Shown: piece by piece, positions 29,016 to 38,569 of the stretch | Position numbering within the stretch: the first letter of the stretch is position 1 | How the letters are laid out: the number at the start of each line of letters is the position of its first letter | NCBI GenBank assembly: GCA_937943625.1 | Contig: CALEAD010000005.1 | Coordinates: forward strand, 12,630-76,629 | Length of the DNA: 64,000 nt | Source: an uncultured Anaerolineae bacterium | Lineage (GTDB): Bacteria > Chloroflexota > Anaerolineae > Promineifilales > Promineifilaceae | Direction of reading: 5' to 3' | Translations under genes and position numbers: made by a program | The notes under the pieces: generated by a model | What the model was told of the DNA's origin: nothing | Database searches by the model: none | Seen by the model: the letters and a program-made list of their open reading frames with translations, nothing else

Positions 29016-29779
29016 GGGGTTGTTGGGTGGGTGTTGGAGCTAGAGCTAGAGGTAGCGGTAAGTGGCTGCGGCTGCTTGTAGAGTGGGGTCAGCCCCAGGC
29101 GGTCGCGCAGCATGGTGAGCAGGGCGCGCAGGCCATCTTTGCTGGAGATTTTTTTGCCTTCGGCGTAGGTGCGCGGGTCGTAGCTGATGGGAATTTCAAG
29201 GATTTGGTGGCCGGCTAGGAGGATTTTGTTGGGCAGCTCAAAGTCCAGGTTGAAGTCGGTAGTGGTGAGGTTGAGCGATTTGACGAGATCGGCGCGCACC
29301 ATTTTGGTGGCGGTGGCAACGTCGGTGAGTTTGCCGCCAAAAAGGAGATTGGTCACGGCCGTTAAAAAGCGCACGCCCCAATACGCATGGGCATACTTGT
29401 ACCGCACCTGCCCCCCCAAGACGCGCGAGCCGAAAACGGCCGTTGCCCCGGTCTCTTCTACCTTGCGACAAAACTTCGGGTGGTCGGCCGGATCATACTC
29501 CTTGTCGGCATCCTGAATGATCATGTAATCCCCGGTCATTTGCTCGATGCCGGTGCGAATAGACATGCCCTTGCCCATGTTGCGCTCGTGGAAAATGACG
29601 CGAATTTCTGGATCAGAGAGTTGCTGCAAAATCTCGCGCGTGCCATCGGTTGAATAGTTGTCTATGACGAGAATTTCTCGTTCCCAGCTATTCCCCAGGT
29701 CAACAGCCTTTGTGCGCGCGATCACGTCGGCAATCGTTTCACGTTCGTTGTAACAACAGATAATGACGGACAATTTCAT
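29012..29779 (-). CDS. Family-2 glycosyltransferase (Dpm1-like)
   Basis: SVIICCYNE ... DNYSTDGT ... QDADKEYDP motifs. Its stop overlaps the kinase start (ATGA). Confidence 0.75.
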   Translation of the reverse strand: MKLSVIICCYNERETIADVIARTKAVDLGNSWEREILVIDNYSTDGTREILQQLSDPEIRVIFHERNMGKGMSIRTGIEQMTGDYMIIQDADKEYDPADHPKFCRKVEETGATAVFGSRVLGGQVRYKYAHAYWGVRFLTAVTNLLFGGKLTDVATATKMVRADLVKSLNLTTTDFNLDFELPNKILLAGHQILEIPISYDPRTYAEGKKISSKDGLRALLTMLRDRLGLTPLYKQPQPLTATSSSSSNTHPTTP

Positions 29780-29846
29780 GAGAAAAGGCGTTGAGATTGG
29801 AGATTAGTCACAGAGCGCACAGCGGAGCAATGCGTGGCCTCCGATC

Positions 29847-31163
29847 TCAGAATTGTTGAAAGAATCTGGCAAAAGTGTCCAGCACATAATCCAGGCGGGG
29901 GGTGTCCAGCCCAGGGTATACGCCAATAAAAAAGGCACCCCGCATAATCTGGTCGGCCACGGCCAGGTCGCTCACCTGCCGATAGGTAATTTCCTGGTAG
30001 GCGGGCTGGCGCAAAATGTTGCCGGCAAAAATCAGGCGCGTTTGCACCTTGTGTTGCTCCAGGAAGCGCGTCAGGTCGTGGCGCATAAAGGGCGCCTCAT
30101 CGCGCACCAGCATGGGAAAGGCAAACCAGGAGACGTCGGCTTTGGCGTGCCAGTTGGGCAGAATGAGAAACTCTTCGTATTGCTTTAGCCCTGCGTACAA
30201 ATAGGCAAAGTTGCGCTTGCGCGCCGCAATGAAGCCGGGCAGCTTGTCAATTTGCGCCAGCCCCATGGCTGCCTGTGGGTCGGTGATTTTCAGGTTGTAA
30301 CCAATTTCGCTGTAGTAGTAGCGGTGATCGTAGTAGCCGGGAATGCCGGGGATTTCGCGCTCGAAGCGAATGCCACACTTGCCGTTGGTAGGATATTCAT
30401 AGCCGCACCAGCAGTCGCGCCCCCAGTCGCGCACGGCGCGGGCAATTTTGGCCAGGCGCGGGCGGTTGGTGTAGACGGCACCTCCTTCACCCATGGTGAT
30501 GTGGTGCGCGGGGAAAAAGCTGAGCGTGGCCATGTCGCCAAAGGTGCCGACAAGCTGGCCGTCCCAGCGACTGCCCAGGGCGTCGCAAGTGTCTTCGATG
30601 AGGAAGAGGTTGTGTTTGCGCACGAAGGCCATCACGGCGTCCATGTCGGCGGGGTTGCCCAGGGTGTGGGCAAATATGAGGGCGCGGGTGCGAGGGGAAA
30701 CGGCCGTTTCCAACTGTCCCGGGTCTAAATTCAGGTCTCCCAGGCGGCTATCTACAAACACCGGCGTGAGCTGGTTCTGAATGATGGGATTGACGGTGGT
30801 CGGGAAGCTGGCAGCGGGCACAATCACTTCGTCACCCGGCAGCAGGCGGTTTTCCAGCTTCATCGAGCGCAGCGTCGTGATGGCCAACAGGTTGGCCGAG
30901 GAGCCGGAGTTGGTAGGAATGACTTCGCGCACGCCGAGGAAGCGACCCAGCTTCTCCTCAAACTGCTGCGCGTAGGGGCCGGCCGTTAGCCAGAAGTCGA
31001 GCACGGCGCTGACCATATTTTGCATTTCGGTTGCGTCAAACACGCGCCCGGCATAGCTGACGGCCGTTTCGCCGGGCACAAATGGTTTTTCTGCATGGTT
31101 CTGCCGATAAAATTCGGCTACTTGCGCCAGAATGGACTGGCGTAATGTTTCCTGATCACTCAT
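29847..31163 (-). CDS. DegT/DnrJ/EryC1-family PLP enzyme, RfbH (CDP-4-keto-6-deoxyglucose 3-dehydrase)-like
   Basis: 438 aa with an RfbH-like N-terminus (ILAQVAEFYRQNH..FVPGETAVSYAGRVFD) and an aminotransferase fold. Confidence 0.7.
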   Translation of the reverse strand: MSDQETLRQSILAQVAEFYRQNHAEKPFVPGETAVSYAGRVFDATEMQNMVSAVLDFWLTAGPYAQQFEEKLGRFLGVREVIPTNSGSSANLLAITTLRSMKLENRLLPGDEVIVPAASFPTTVNPIIQNQLTPVFVDSRLGDLNLDPGQLETAVSPRTRALIFAHTLGNPADMDAVMAFVRKHNLFLIEDTCDALGSRWDGQLVGTFGDMATLSFFPAHHITMGEGGAVYTNRPRLAKIARAVRDWGRDCWCGYEYPTNGKCGIRFEREIPGIPGYYDHRYYYSEIGYNLKITDPQAAMGLAQIDKLPGFIAARKRNFAYLYAGLKQYEEFLILPNWHAKADVSWFAFPMLVRDEAPFMRHDLTRFLEQHKVQTRLIFAGNILRQPAYQEITYRQVSDLAVADQIMRGAFFIGVYPGLDTPRLDYVLDTFARFFQQF

Positions 31164-31243
31164 ATTGTTTTCCGGTGCGGCGCGTCATGCGTGAAGCGCA
31201 AAGCATAGAATGTGAAACATGAGGTTCATGGTTTCACGTAAGT

Positions 31244-31271
31244 GGCGATTGGAGATGAGAGATTGGAGATT
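31244..31271. repeat. Tandem heptamer array, GGAGATT family
   Basis: Units are GGCGATT GGAGATG AGAGATT GGAGATT. Related words occur at 4518-4560, 17205-17239, 21473-21533, 25945-25990, 29793-29815, 34858-34890 and 52820-52845. Confidence 0.85.
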
Positions 31272-31433
31272 GATTCCCCGCGCTGCATTCCCCGCTCCGC
31301 ATTGTTGGGAGTTAAGGTCAGGTGGCTGGTGGTTGCAAAGCCGGGATGCGATTATAGCACAGGCAGGGGCATCTCCAAGTGATTGGCTCATGAGCGGTTT
31401 AGCCAGCCAGCGGGTCAGGCGGAAAGTGACAGG

Positions 31434-32405
31434 CTATGGGGTCGGCACGGCCGTTTCCGTTGGCGTGGCGGTTGGTTCAGGCGTCAGCGTGGGTGTTTCT
31501 GTTGGTGGCAGCGGCGTCTCCGTGGGTGTGGGGGTGTCGGTGGGCGGCACGGCTGTTTCTGTCTCTGTTGGCGTTGGCGTATCAATGACCGGTGTGGACG
31601 TGGGCGTATCGGTGACAACGGCCGTTGGTGTGAGCGTGTCAGCGGGTGGTATGGCCGTTTCTGTGGGCGGCGGCGGTGGTGGGCTGGTTGGCGTGGGGAT
31701 CGGCGTGGCGGTGGCGGGCAAGGGGGGCAAGAAAATGGCCAGCCCGGCTGTCAGGCGCGTGCTGCTCAGGCAGTTAGCCTGCATGATGGCGTATACTGTC
31801 GTGCCGTGCCGCAGCCCCAGCGAGTACAGGGTATCGCCGCGCTGTACCGTATAACGCTCCCACGAAGCGGGTGGGCTGCCGCAAATGGGGCGCACAGGTG
31901 GCCGCTGCGGCAGGTAAATGACGATCCCGCTAATCAGGACATTCACGTCCAAGCAGTTGGCACCCACGATTTCTGCAATCGTGGTGCCTGATTGTGCCGC
32001 CAGATAAAAATAGGTATCGCCAGGCTGCACGGTGTAGGGAACCCAGCCAGCAGGGATATTGCCACAAGAAGGGGGCAGAACGGGAACGGCCGTTGCCGGT
32101 TTAGGCGTTCCTGTGCTTTCCCGCGTGCTCATCAGCCGTGTGGGTTGTGCGGTGATAGCAGAGGTCGGCGTTGCCGCTGCTGGCTGCGTGAGGCGCAGGG
32201 TTGCAGGCGCGGTGACAGAAGCTGTCGCAGATGGCGTCGCAGAGGAGAACGGCACGACCGCCAGCACCGTTGGCGACCCTGCGGGCAGGCGCAGTGGTGC
32301 ATCTACCAATGCCAGCAGCAGCGCCATCGTCACCGTTACCATGACTGCGGCCGTTATCAGCAAATTATCGCGCCAGGTGTTGCCCATCGAACTGCCTGAC
32401 ATCAC
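31434..32405 (-). CDS. Membrane-anchored double-LysM protein with Pro/Thr-rich tail
   Basis: Two LysM modules (YTVQPGDTYFYLA.., YTVQRGDTLYSLG..), an N-terminal TM segment and a C-terminal TPTPTETE repeat region. Confidence 0.7.
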   Translation of the reverse strand: MMSGSSMGNTWRDNLLITAAVMVTVTMALLLALVDAPLRLPAGSPTVLAVVPFSSATPSATASVTAPATLRLTQPAAATPTSAITAQPTRLMSTRESTGTPKPATAVPVLPPSCGNIPAGWVPYTVQPGDTYFYLAAQSGTTIAEIVGANCLDVNVLISGIVIYLPQRPPVRPICGSPPASWERYTVQRGDTLYSLGLRHGTTVYAIMQANCLSSTRLTAGLAIFLPPLPATATPIPTPTSPPPPPPTETAIPPADTLTPTAVVTDTPTSTPVIDTPTPTETETAVPPTDTPTPTETPLPPTETPTLTPEPTATPTETAVPTP

Positions 32406-34843
32406 GACTTCGCCCCTTGATCCCTATTGTTGGTGGCCGGAAAGGTCACCTCTGTGGTCGCAATGGGGAACAAGACGGAAAAGGTGCATCCCTGGCCCAG
32501 TTCCCCATCCACCCACACGCGCGCGCCATGCGCCACCGCCAGGTTGCGCACTTCGGCCAGCGCCTGCGGATTGCTGCCCAGGCCGAGGATGGGTCCGGTC
32601 ATGTGTGGCGGCGGGGGCGTAAAGACGTAGGCGCGGTTGGCGCTGCTGATGCCGGGGCCGCTGTCTTGCACGTTGATCTGCACAAACTTGAGAATTTCTT
32701 CCCGGTCGTTGCTAATGGGTGCCGCCAGCGCCTTGGTTTGTGCCGAGATGGTAATGTGCCCATGCGGCCCAGAGGCCAGGGTGGCATTTTGCAGCAGGCC
32801 CACCAGGATTTGCTGTAAGATGGTGTGGTGGATGGAAAGTGGGGGCAGGTCAGCAGAGACGTTTAGCTCTAACCGCTGCTGATTTTCGCGCAGGTGAGGG
32901 ATGACAGCATGAACGGCCGTTTCCAACACCTCTTCCAAATTCACACTCTGATCGGCTTCTATACCTGGTCCGGCCCCTGTCGTGGTTGGTTCAACCAGCA
33001 GTTGCGCCAGCATTTGCTCAATGCGCTGCGCGTTTGTGAGGATGCCGGCCACAAATGTTTGCTGTGCGGGCAGCAGCTCCTTAGCCGTCTGATTGAGCAG
33101 GTCGGCATAGCTGATTACGGCCGTCATTGGTGTGCGAATTTCTTGCAGCGCTTGCGCCAGCCTGGCGCTGTTTTCCGGCGCTGACTGTTGCCTGAGTTGA
33201 GCTTCTAGCAGTTCGATGCGCGCCTGCGCCTCCTCAAGCTGGCCGGAATAGCGCGTAATGGTACGCATCACCCACTCAGTGCTCAGCGCCGCCTCACCGG
33301 CGGCGGCAATTGCCATCGCCTCTTCTGCGCTCAGCAGCGATTCGCGCAGCGCTTCGATTTCCGCCTCTAGCTCACGTATTTGTTCATCCCGGTTCACCTG
33401 CTCCAATTCGTGCAGCGTTTCTGCCAGGTCTTGCGCCTGCTTGCGCGCCTCAGCCGCCCGCCCTTCAGCCTGGCGTGCGCGCGCCTGCCACACCTCTAGC
33501 TCACTTTCCAGCCGTTTTTGCGCCTCTTCCAGGGCAATCAGTCGGCCGCTGTCTGGTGCTTCGACTACAGGCACGGGAGTGGCAACGGCCGTTTGCGTGT
33601 GCAGGCGGCTGTTGTCCAACGCCTGGGCAATGTAGGCGGCAAGCGGCGCGATGGTGGCACGTTCTTCTTCCGTCCAGGCGGCGCGGCTCTGCGGGTGGGA
33701 AAGCAGCAGCAGCCCCAGCCATTCCGTCTTCACGCGCAGCGGGCAGAGGTAGATTGCGCCTAGCGAGCCGGGCAGGCCAAGCTCCGTATACAGCAGATGC
33801 AGCTGGCGTGCGCCCAGGCCGGTGGGGCGCAACTCTATGCTATCTTCCTGTTCACGCGCCAGGCGAAAAGCGGGCCAGTCTTCGGGATTGATGCTCAGCG
33901 TGCGTGGCATGTTGCGCTCTGCCTGCGGCAGGTTGGTTGTCAGCGTCAGGCGCTGCCTGTCGTTTTCCGCCACTGCCAGCGCCACAAACCGCGCCTGTGT
34001 CACCTTTTCTACCAGCTCCAGCGCGGCAATGAGCGTTGACTGCGGGTGCATGGAACTGATCACGTCGGTCAATTCGTGCAGCAGGTTGTGCCATTCCGGT
34101 AGGGCAACGGCCGTTGCCGGCGCTGCTATCGGTGGCAAGGCAGCGAAGGCGCGGCGATAGGCGTGCGCGGCCCACAGTGGCAGGACGATGAGATACCCCA
34201 GGCGCAGCCAGAACAGGGCGTTGCTTTCCGCCGGAATGGCCTGCGGTTGCCCGCCGAAGAGCTGAACGGCATAAGCGCCCAGGAGAATGAGCAACATAAT
34301 GGGGCGCAGGGTAGCTCTGGCTTGTGGCTGCCACAGCGTGACGAGCAGCCCCGGCGCCAGCACCCCTGCCTGGAAGGCATAGCCAATGGTCGCCTGGGTT
34401 GTGCGGATGAATGGCTGCCCGGCTGCCTGCTGCTGCCAGCTTTGGCTGAAGGAGACGGCCATGATGGCCAGCGTGACCAGGGCTGCCAGCAGCAGCGCGC
34501 TGCTGAGGTTGCGCCGCCGCGGCGCGCGCGGTGTGGCCAATGCCCAGGTGAGGAACACGGCCGTTATCCCATGCGCCGTCTGGTAGAGAGGAGGCAGGTA
34601 CCGAGCGGCCGTTTGTGGCTCTCCTTGCCATAGCAAGGCCAGCAGCAGCAGTGCGCCTTCCGCCAGCAGCACCGCACCCGCGGCAACGGCCGTGCGGCGC
34701 GCCGTGCCGTCGCTGCGCTGTTGTCGCCACTGGCTCAGGCTGATGCCCAGGACGGCTTGCAGCGCAAACAGCGTCACCAGGTGAAAGACAATTGTTCCTG
34801 GTGGCTGACTGAGAAGCTGCGTCAATTGTGGCCACTCATTCAT
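32402..34843 (-). CDS. Multi-TM GAF/coiled-coil histidine-kinase-like protein with Gln at the phospho-acceptor position
   Basis: 813 aa. About 8 N-terminal TM segments, a GAF-like region, a long coiled coil, an H-box reading LQEIRTPM instead of SHELRTPL, and a HATPase_c domain (DSGPGI). It overlaps the LysM gene start by 4 nt. Confidence 0.7.
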   Translation of the reverse strand: MNEWPQLTQLLSQPPGTIVFHLVTLFALQAVLGISLSQWRQQRSDGTARRTAVAAGAVLLAEGALLLLALLWQGEPQTAARYLPPLYQTAHGITAVFLTWALATPRAPRRRNLSSALLLAALVTLAIMAVSFSQSWQQQAAGQPFIRTTQATIGYAFQAGVLAPGLLVTLWQPQARATLRPIMLLILLGAYAVQLFGGQPQAIPAESNALFWLRLGYLIVLPLWAAHAYRRAFAALPPIAAPATAVALPEWHNLLHELTDVISSMHPQSTLIAALELVEKVTQARFVALAVAENDRQRLTLTTNLPQAERNMPRTLSINPEDWPAFRLAREQEDSIELRPTGLGARQLHLLYTELGLPGSLGAIYLCPLRVKTEWLGLLLLSHPQSRAAWTEEERATIAPLAAYIAQALDNSRLHTQTAVATPVPVVEAPDSGRLIALEEAQKRLESELEVWQARARQAEGRAAEARKQAQDLAETLHELEQVNRDEQIRELEAEIEALRESLLSAEEAMAIAAAGEAALSTEWVMRTITRYSGQLEEAQARIELLEAQLRQQSAPENSARLAQALQEIRTPMTAVISYADLLNQTAKELLPAQQTFVAGILTNAQRIEQMLAQLLVEPTTTGAGPGIEADQSVNLEEVLETAVHAVIPHLRENQQRLELNVSADLPPLSIHHTILQQILVGLLQNATLASGPHGHITISAQTKALAAPISNDREEILKFVQINVQDSGPGISSANRAYVFTPPPPHMTGPILGLGSNPQALAEVRNLAVAHGARVWVDGELGQGCTFSVLFPIATTEVTFPATNNRDQGAKS

Positions 34844-35062
34844 GCTGCGCGCCTGCTACCCGTCTCCAATTTCTGGTCGCCAATCTCTTATCATTATGTA
34901 CACTGCTGCCCAAGATTATAGCATAATCTGGCCAGTTTACGATGCCGCTTTCTGCCTTCATTGCAGCCCTTTGGCCCGGTTGTCGCCGCGTGCTTGGCAA
35001 ATGTTCGCAGGAGGGTAAGGTCCTTCAGGTGATAACAGCCCTCTGGAAGGTGTATTGGCAAA

Positions 35063-35094
35063 GGCGCGGTAATAGCTACCGCGCCTTTTTGTTT
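35063..35094 (+). terminator. Intrinsic-terminator-like hairpin
   Basis: GGCGCGGTA-atagc-TACCGCGCC is a perfect 9-bp GC-rich stem followed by TTTTTGTTT. No plus-strand gene ends upstream of it. Confidence 0.5.
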
Positions 35095-35104
35095 GGAGTG
35101 CGTG

Positions 35105-35952
35105 ATGAATGAAACAGTGGTCTTGGTGAACGGGTTGGCAAAAATGTTCCGCGTGAAGCAAAAGGCGGCCGAGCTGCACGGCAGCCTGCGCGCTTTGTGG
35201 CGGACGGAAGAGAAGGAGATAACGGCCGTTGCCGACATTCCCTTTTCCATACAAAAAGGGGAAATACTCGCCTTCATCGGCCCCAACGGTGCAGGCAAAT
35301 CTACCACCATCAAAATGCTCACCGGCATCCTCTATCCCAGCAGCGGCCAGGCCTCTGTGCTCGGCTTCACCTCCTGGCAGCAGCGCCGCCAGATGAGCTA
35401 TCACATCGGCTCTGTCTTTGGCCAGAAGCCGCAGCTCTGGTACCACCTGCCGGCTGAGGATACCTTTCGGCTCTTTGCCCGTATTTATGAGCTGGACATG
35501 GGCGAATTTCAGAAGATGAGCCGACGATTGGCCTGGATGTGGTAGCCAGGCAGCAAATCCGCGACGCCATCCGCTACCTGAATGAGCAAGAAGGCACGAC
35601 CGTCTTTCTCACCAGCCACGACGCCGGGGACATCGAAAGCCTGTGCAAGCGGGTGATCATCATCAATCATGGCCGTCTCATATACGACAACTGCACCTCG
35701 GCGCTGAAGCGATAATACCTGCGGCGCAAAATCATTGACATGCGCTTTGCCACGCTGCTGACGGAACCCTTTTCGCTGCCCTGTGTGAAGACGCTTAAGC
35801 AGGGCACTTATCGCCTCAAGCTGGAGTTCGACAGCCGCGAGATGCCCGTGGAGCAGGTGGTGCAGCAGGTGATGGCTAACCGCCCCACCCAGGACATTAC
35901 CCTCACCAACCTGCCGCCGGAGGAGATCATTCGCGAGATATACCGGCAGTAA
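35105..35952 (+). pseudogene. Decayed ABC-transporter ATP-binding gene
   Basis: The Walker A region (GPNGAGKST) is intact. At about 35515 the reading frame jumps directly to DEPTIGLD, so the segment carrying the ABC signature is missing and the frame shifts. There is also an in-frame TAA at 35713-35715 (ALKR*YLRRK). Confidence 0.6.
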
Positions 35953-35969
35953 ACGGCCGTTGGTGGGGC

Positions 35970-36583
35970 GTGGTTGCTATCCACTTCCCACTCGCCGCCA
36001 CCCGCCTATTTCTGGAGGACAACATGGGCCAACTATGCTTAACAACGGCCAAATACGTGGCCATTACGCCGATCAATTTGCAGAATCAACTGGCCTACGC
36101 CTGGGAGGCGCTGAACCGTGCGTTCTTTATTCTGATTGTCATGTTTGTCTTTGTGCAGTTGTGGACGGCCGTTTACACCACCCAGGGCGTCACAGACCAT
36201 TCAGGTGCAGCACGCCTTGCCCGTGCTGTTGGTAGCGGCGCTGGCGATTGTGCTCGATTTCTTTACCTAACAACATGATTGGCCTGCTCGCCTTCATCAC
36301 CGAGGACACCGCCTCCATTCGTCTGATCTACCAGAAGTTCGTCTTCATCCTGGGCGGATTGATGCTGCCATTGGGTTTCTTGTCGGCGTGGTTGCAACCG
36401 GTGGCGCGCGTGCTGCCCTTCAACCTGACGACCTACGCCCCGGTGAAACTCTTTGTCGCCTTTACCTGGACGCAGTTCTGGCAAATTCTGGTCCTGCAAG
36501 CGGTCTGGCTGACCATTTTGGACCTGGCGTTGCGGCGGCAGTACCGCTGGGCCACACAGCGCCTGGCGGTCAACAGCGGTTGA
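35970..36583 (+). pseudogene. Decayed ABC-2-type permease gene
   Basis: Two overlapping ORF fragments (35970-36278 and 36248-36583) have permease-like hydrophobic sequence in different frames. A third, 28-codon stub follows. Confidence 0.45.
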
Positions 36584-36702
36584 TGATGGGGGCAGTGGCG
36601 TTTTCGCTGGTTGCCAGTGTAGCGCAATTTACTACTAGACACTGGTGTTTTTGCTGGCTGCCAGAGTAGAGTGTTTGCCAAATCGCGTTACAGTGCTGTG
36701 CG

Positions 36703-37270
36703 TCAGCTCCAGGCACACCGGCCGGCCGATTTTGTGGTGAGCAGTTTGGCGTAGAGCATGCCGCGCATTTCCACGTCGTCCACAAAGGCGGGGTTGCCTT
36801 TGGCCAGCTTGATGGCATCTACTTTGGTTTCTGGTTTGCCGACAACGGCCGTTTCCGGCACGCCGGAGGTGAGCTTAACATCAACCTGACACCGCTGAGG
36901 ACGTCGCGCACGTCCGCTTCGGTCGGGTTGGGGTAGCCTCCAGTAGCGCCTTTGCCGCCAGGATCATCGCCGGGGTGGAGTAGCCGGACTGGATCGCGCC
37001 AGTTTCTATGAACGCTTTTTGGATGGGGTGGAGGTCGCCAACGGCCGTTGTCAACCCTTCCACCGTCTCGATTTGCTTGCCCACCACCTGGCCGACAAGC
37101 AGCGTGTCGCTGTTGACCAGTTTGCCATTGACGAGAACGGCCGCCGCGCCCGTGGCGCCATCGTGGCTGCCAAAGCGCACAAAAAAGTAGCCCGCACCTG
37201 ACATATCGAATTTTGCCACGAAACGCGCCTGCCCCGTGAAAATTACCCGAACAAAACGACCGTTCCCCAC
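36703..37270 (-). pseudogene. Frameshifted, truncated xanthine-dehydrogenase-family gene (CoxS-like [2Fe-2S] domain fused to a CoxL-like N-terminus)
   Basis: HPIQKAFIETGAIQSGYSTPAMI is CoxS-like. PNPTEADVRDVLSG and VGKPETKVDAIKLAKGNPAFVDDVEMRGMLYAKLL continue in two other frames, and the sequence ends after about 60 aa of the Mo-subunit. Confidence 0.45.
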
Positions 37271-37293
37271 ACACCTCTGCTATACTTCCTACC

Positions 37294-38457
37294 ATGAGCG
37301 ACACCTTCTACGCCGATTTGCCTGCTTATACCCGCTTTCTCGACATCCTCGACGACGCGGCTTACACGGCCGTTCCTCGTGACTGGTTGATTTTGCTCAG
37401 CGACGTGCGCGGCTCGACGCAGGCGATTGCAAACGGCCGTTACCGACAAATTAACCTCGCCGGTGCCTCTTCCATTGTGTCGGTGCTCAACGTGGCGGGG
37501 GAAACGGCCGTGCCCTTCATCTTCGGCGGTGACGGGGCCACGCTACTGGTTCCGCCCTCGCTGCGCGCGGCGGCGCAAGAGGCGCTGCTGGCGACGCAGG
37601 CGATGGCAAAGGCGGCATTCGACCTCGATTTGCGCGTTGGCGTTGTGCCCGTAGCCGATCTGCCAGCCGCGCAGCTCCTACGTGTTGCCAAATTCCGCCC
37701 GTCGCCCTACTACGAGCAGGCGATGTTCAGCGGTGGCGGCCTGATCCTGGCCGAACGGCTACTTAAAGCGCCCCATTCCCCCTATGAGCTGCCGCCCGCC
37801 CCGGACGCCCAGGCTGACTTTAGCGGCCTGGAATGTCGCTGGCAAGACATCCCCGGCGAGCAGGGGGAAATTCTCAGCCTGCTGGTGCTGGCGCAAACGG
37901 GAGACAGCCACGGCGATCACGCCGTCTATCGCCACCTGCTGCGGGTGATGACGCAGATTTATGGCGAGGGCATGGCCTACAACCCCATCCGCCGTGATAA
38001 TATCCAGGTGACGCTGAACTGGGAAGGGTTGGCGGGGGAAACGGCCGTGCGCGCTGGAAACGGCCGTTGGGCCAAAGCCAGATACCAGCTAGGTGTCTGG
38101 CTGGGCAACCTGCTCTTCCGCACCTTTCTGTTGCCCTTTGACCGCCCCACCCAGGGCGGCCAGCCCTGGTCACGCTATCTGGAATTGGTAGAAGAAACGA
38201 CCGATTATCGCAAATACGATGACATTCTGCGCATGATTCTTTCCAGCTCCCCGCAGCAGCGCCGCCAGCTACAAGAATATCTAGCGGCGCAACGTACTGC
38301 CGGGCGGCTGGCATATGGCCTGCACATCTCCGACCGCGCCACCCTCACCTGCCTGGTCTTCGAGCGCATGGGGCGGCAGGTCCATTTTGTGGATGGGGCA
38401 GATGGCGGCTATGCGCTGGCGGCGCAAGCATTGAAGCGGCAGCTGGTAGGGGAGTGA
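37294..38457 (+). CDS. DUF3095-like protein (cyclase-like fold suspected)
   Basis: 387 aa. The pattern LSDVRGSTQAIANGRYRQINLAG...PFIFGGDGATLLVP is recalled from the DUF3095 family. Confidence 0.55.
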   Translation: MSDTFYADLPAYTRFLDILDDAAYTAVPRDWLILLSDVRGSTQAIANGRYRQINLAGASSIVSVLNVAGETAVPFIFGGDGATLLVPPSLRAAAQEALLATQAMAKAAFDLDLRVGVVPVADLPAAQLLRVAKFRPSPYYEQAMFSGGGLILAERLLKAPHSPYELPPAPDAQADFSGLECRWQDIPGEQGEILSLLVLAQTGDSHGDHAVYRHLLRVMTQIYGEGMAYNPIRRDNIQVTLNWEGLAGETAVRAGNGRWAKARYQLGVWLGNLLFRTFLLPFDRPTQGGQPWSRYLELVEETTDYRKYDDILRMILSSSPQQRRQLQEYLAAQRTAGRLAYGLHISDRATLTCLVFERMGRQVHFVDGADGGYALAAQALKRQLVGE

Positions 38458-38569
38458 CCGCAGCCCGCTGACGGCCAACCGCCAAATCTCTGTGGCGGCG
38501 CGGTCGGCAGCTGGCGGTTGATGTTTGCATACTTGTGGATTGCTAACGGCAGCTACCGGGCAAAGAACG

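Noticed and set aside
31219-31854. Gly/Val-rich ORF (GVGVSVGGSGVSVGVG...) that looks like a repetitive structural protein.
   Set aside because: It is the exact antisense of the Pro/Thr-rich tail of the LysM protein. That gene has a coherent LysM architecture and is coupled to the upstream gene.
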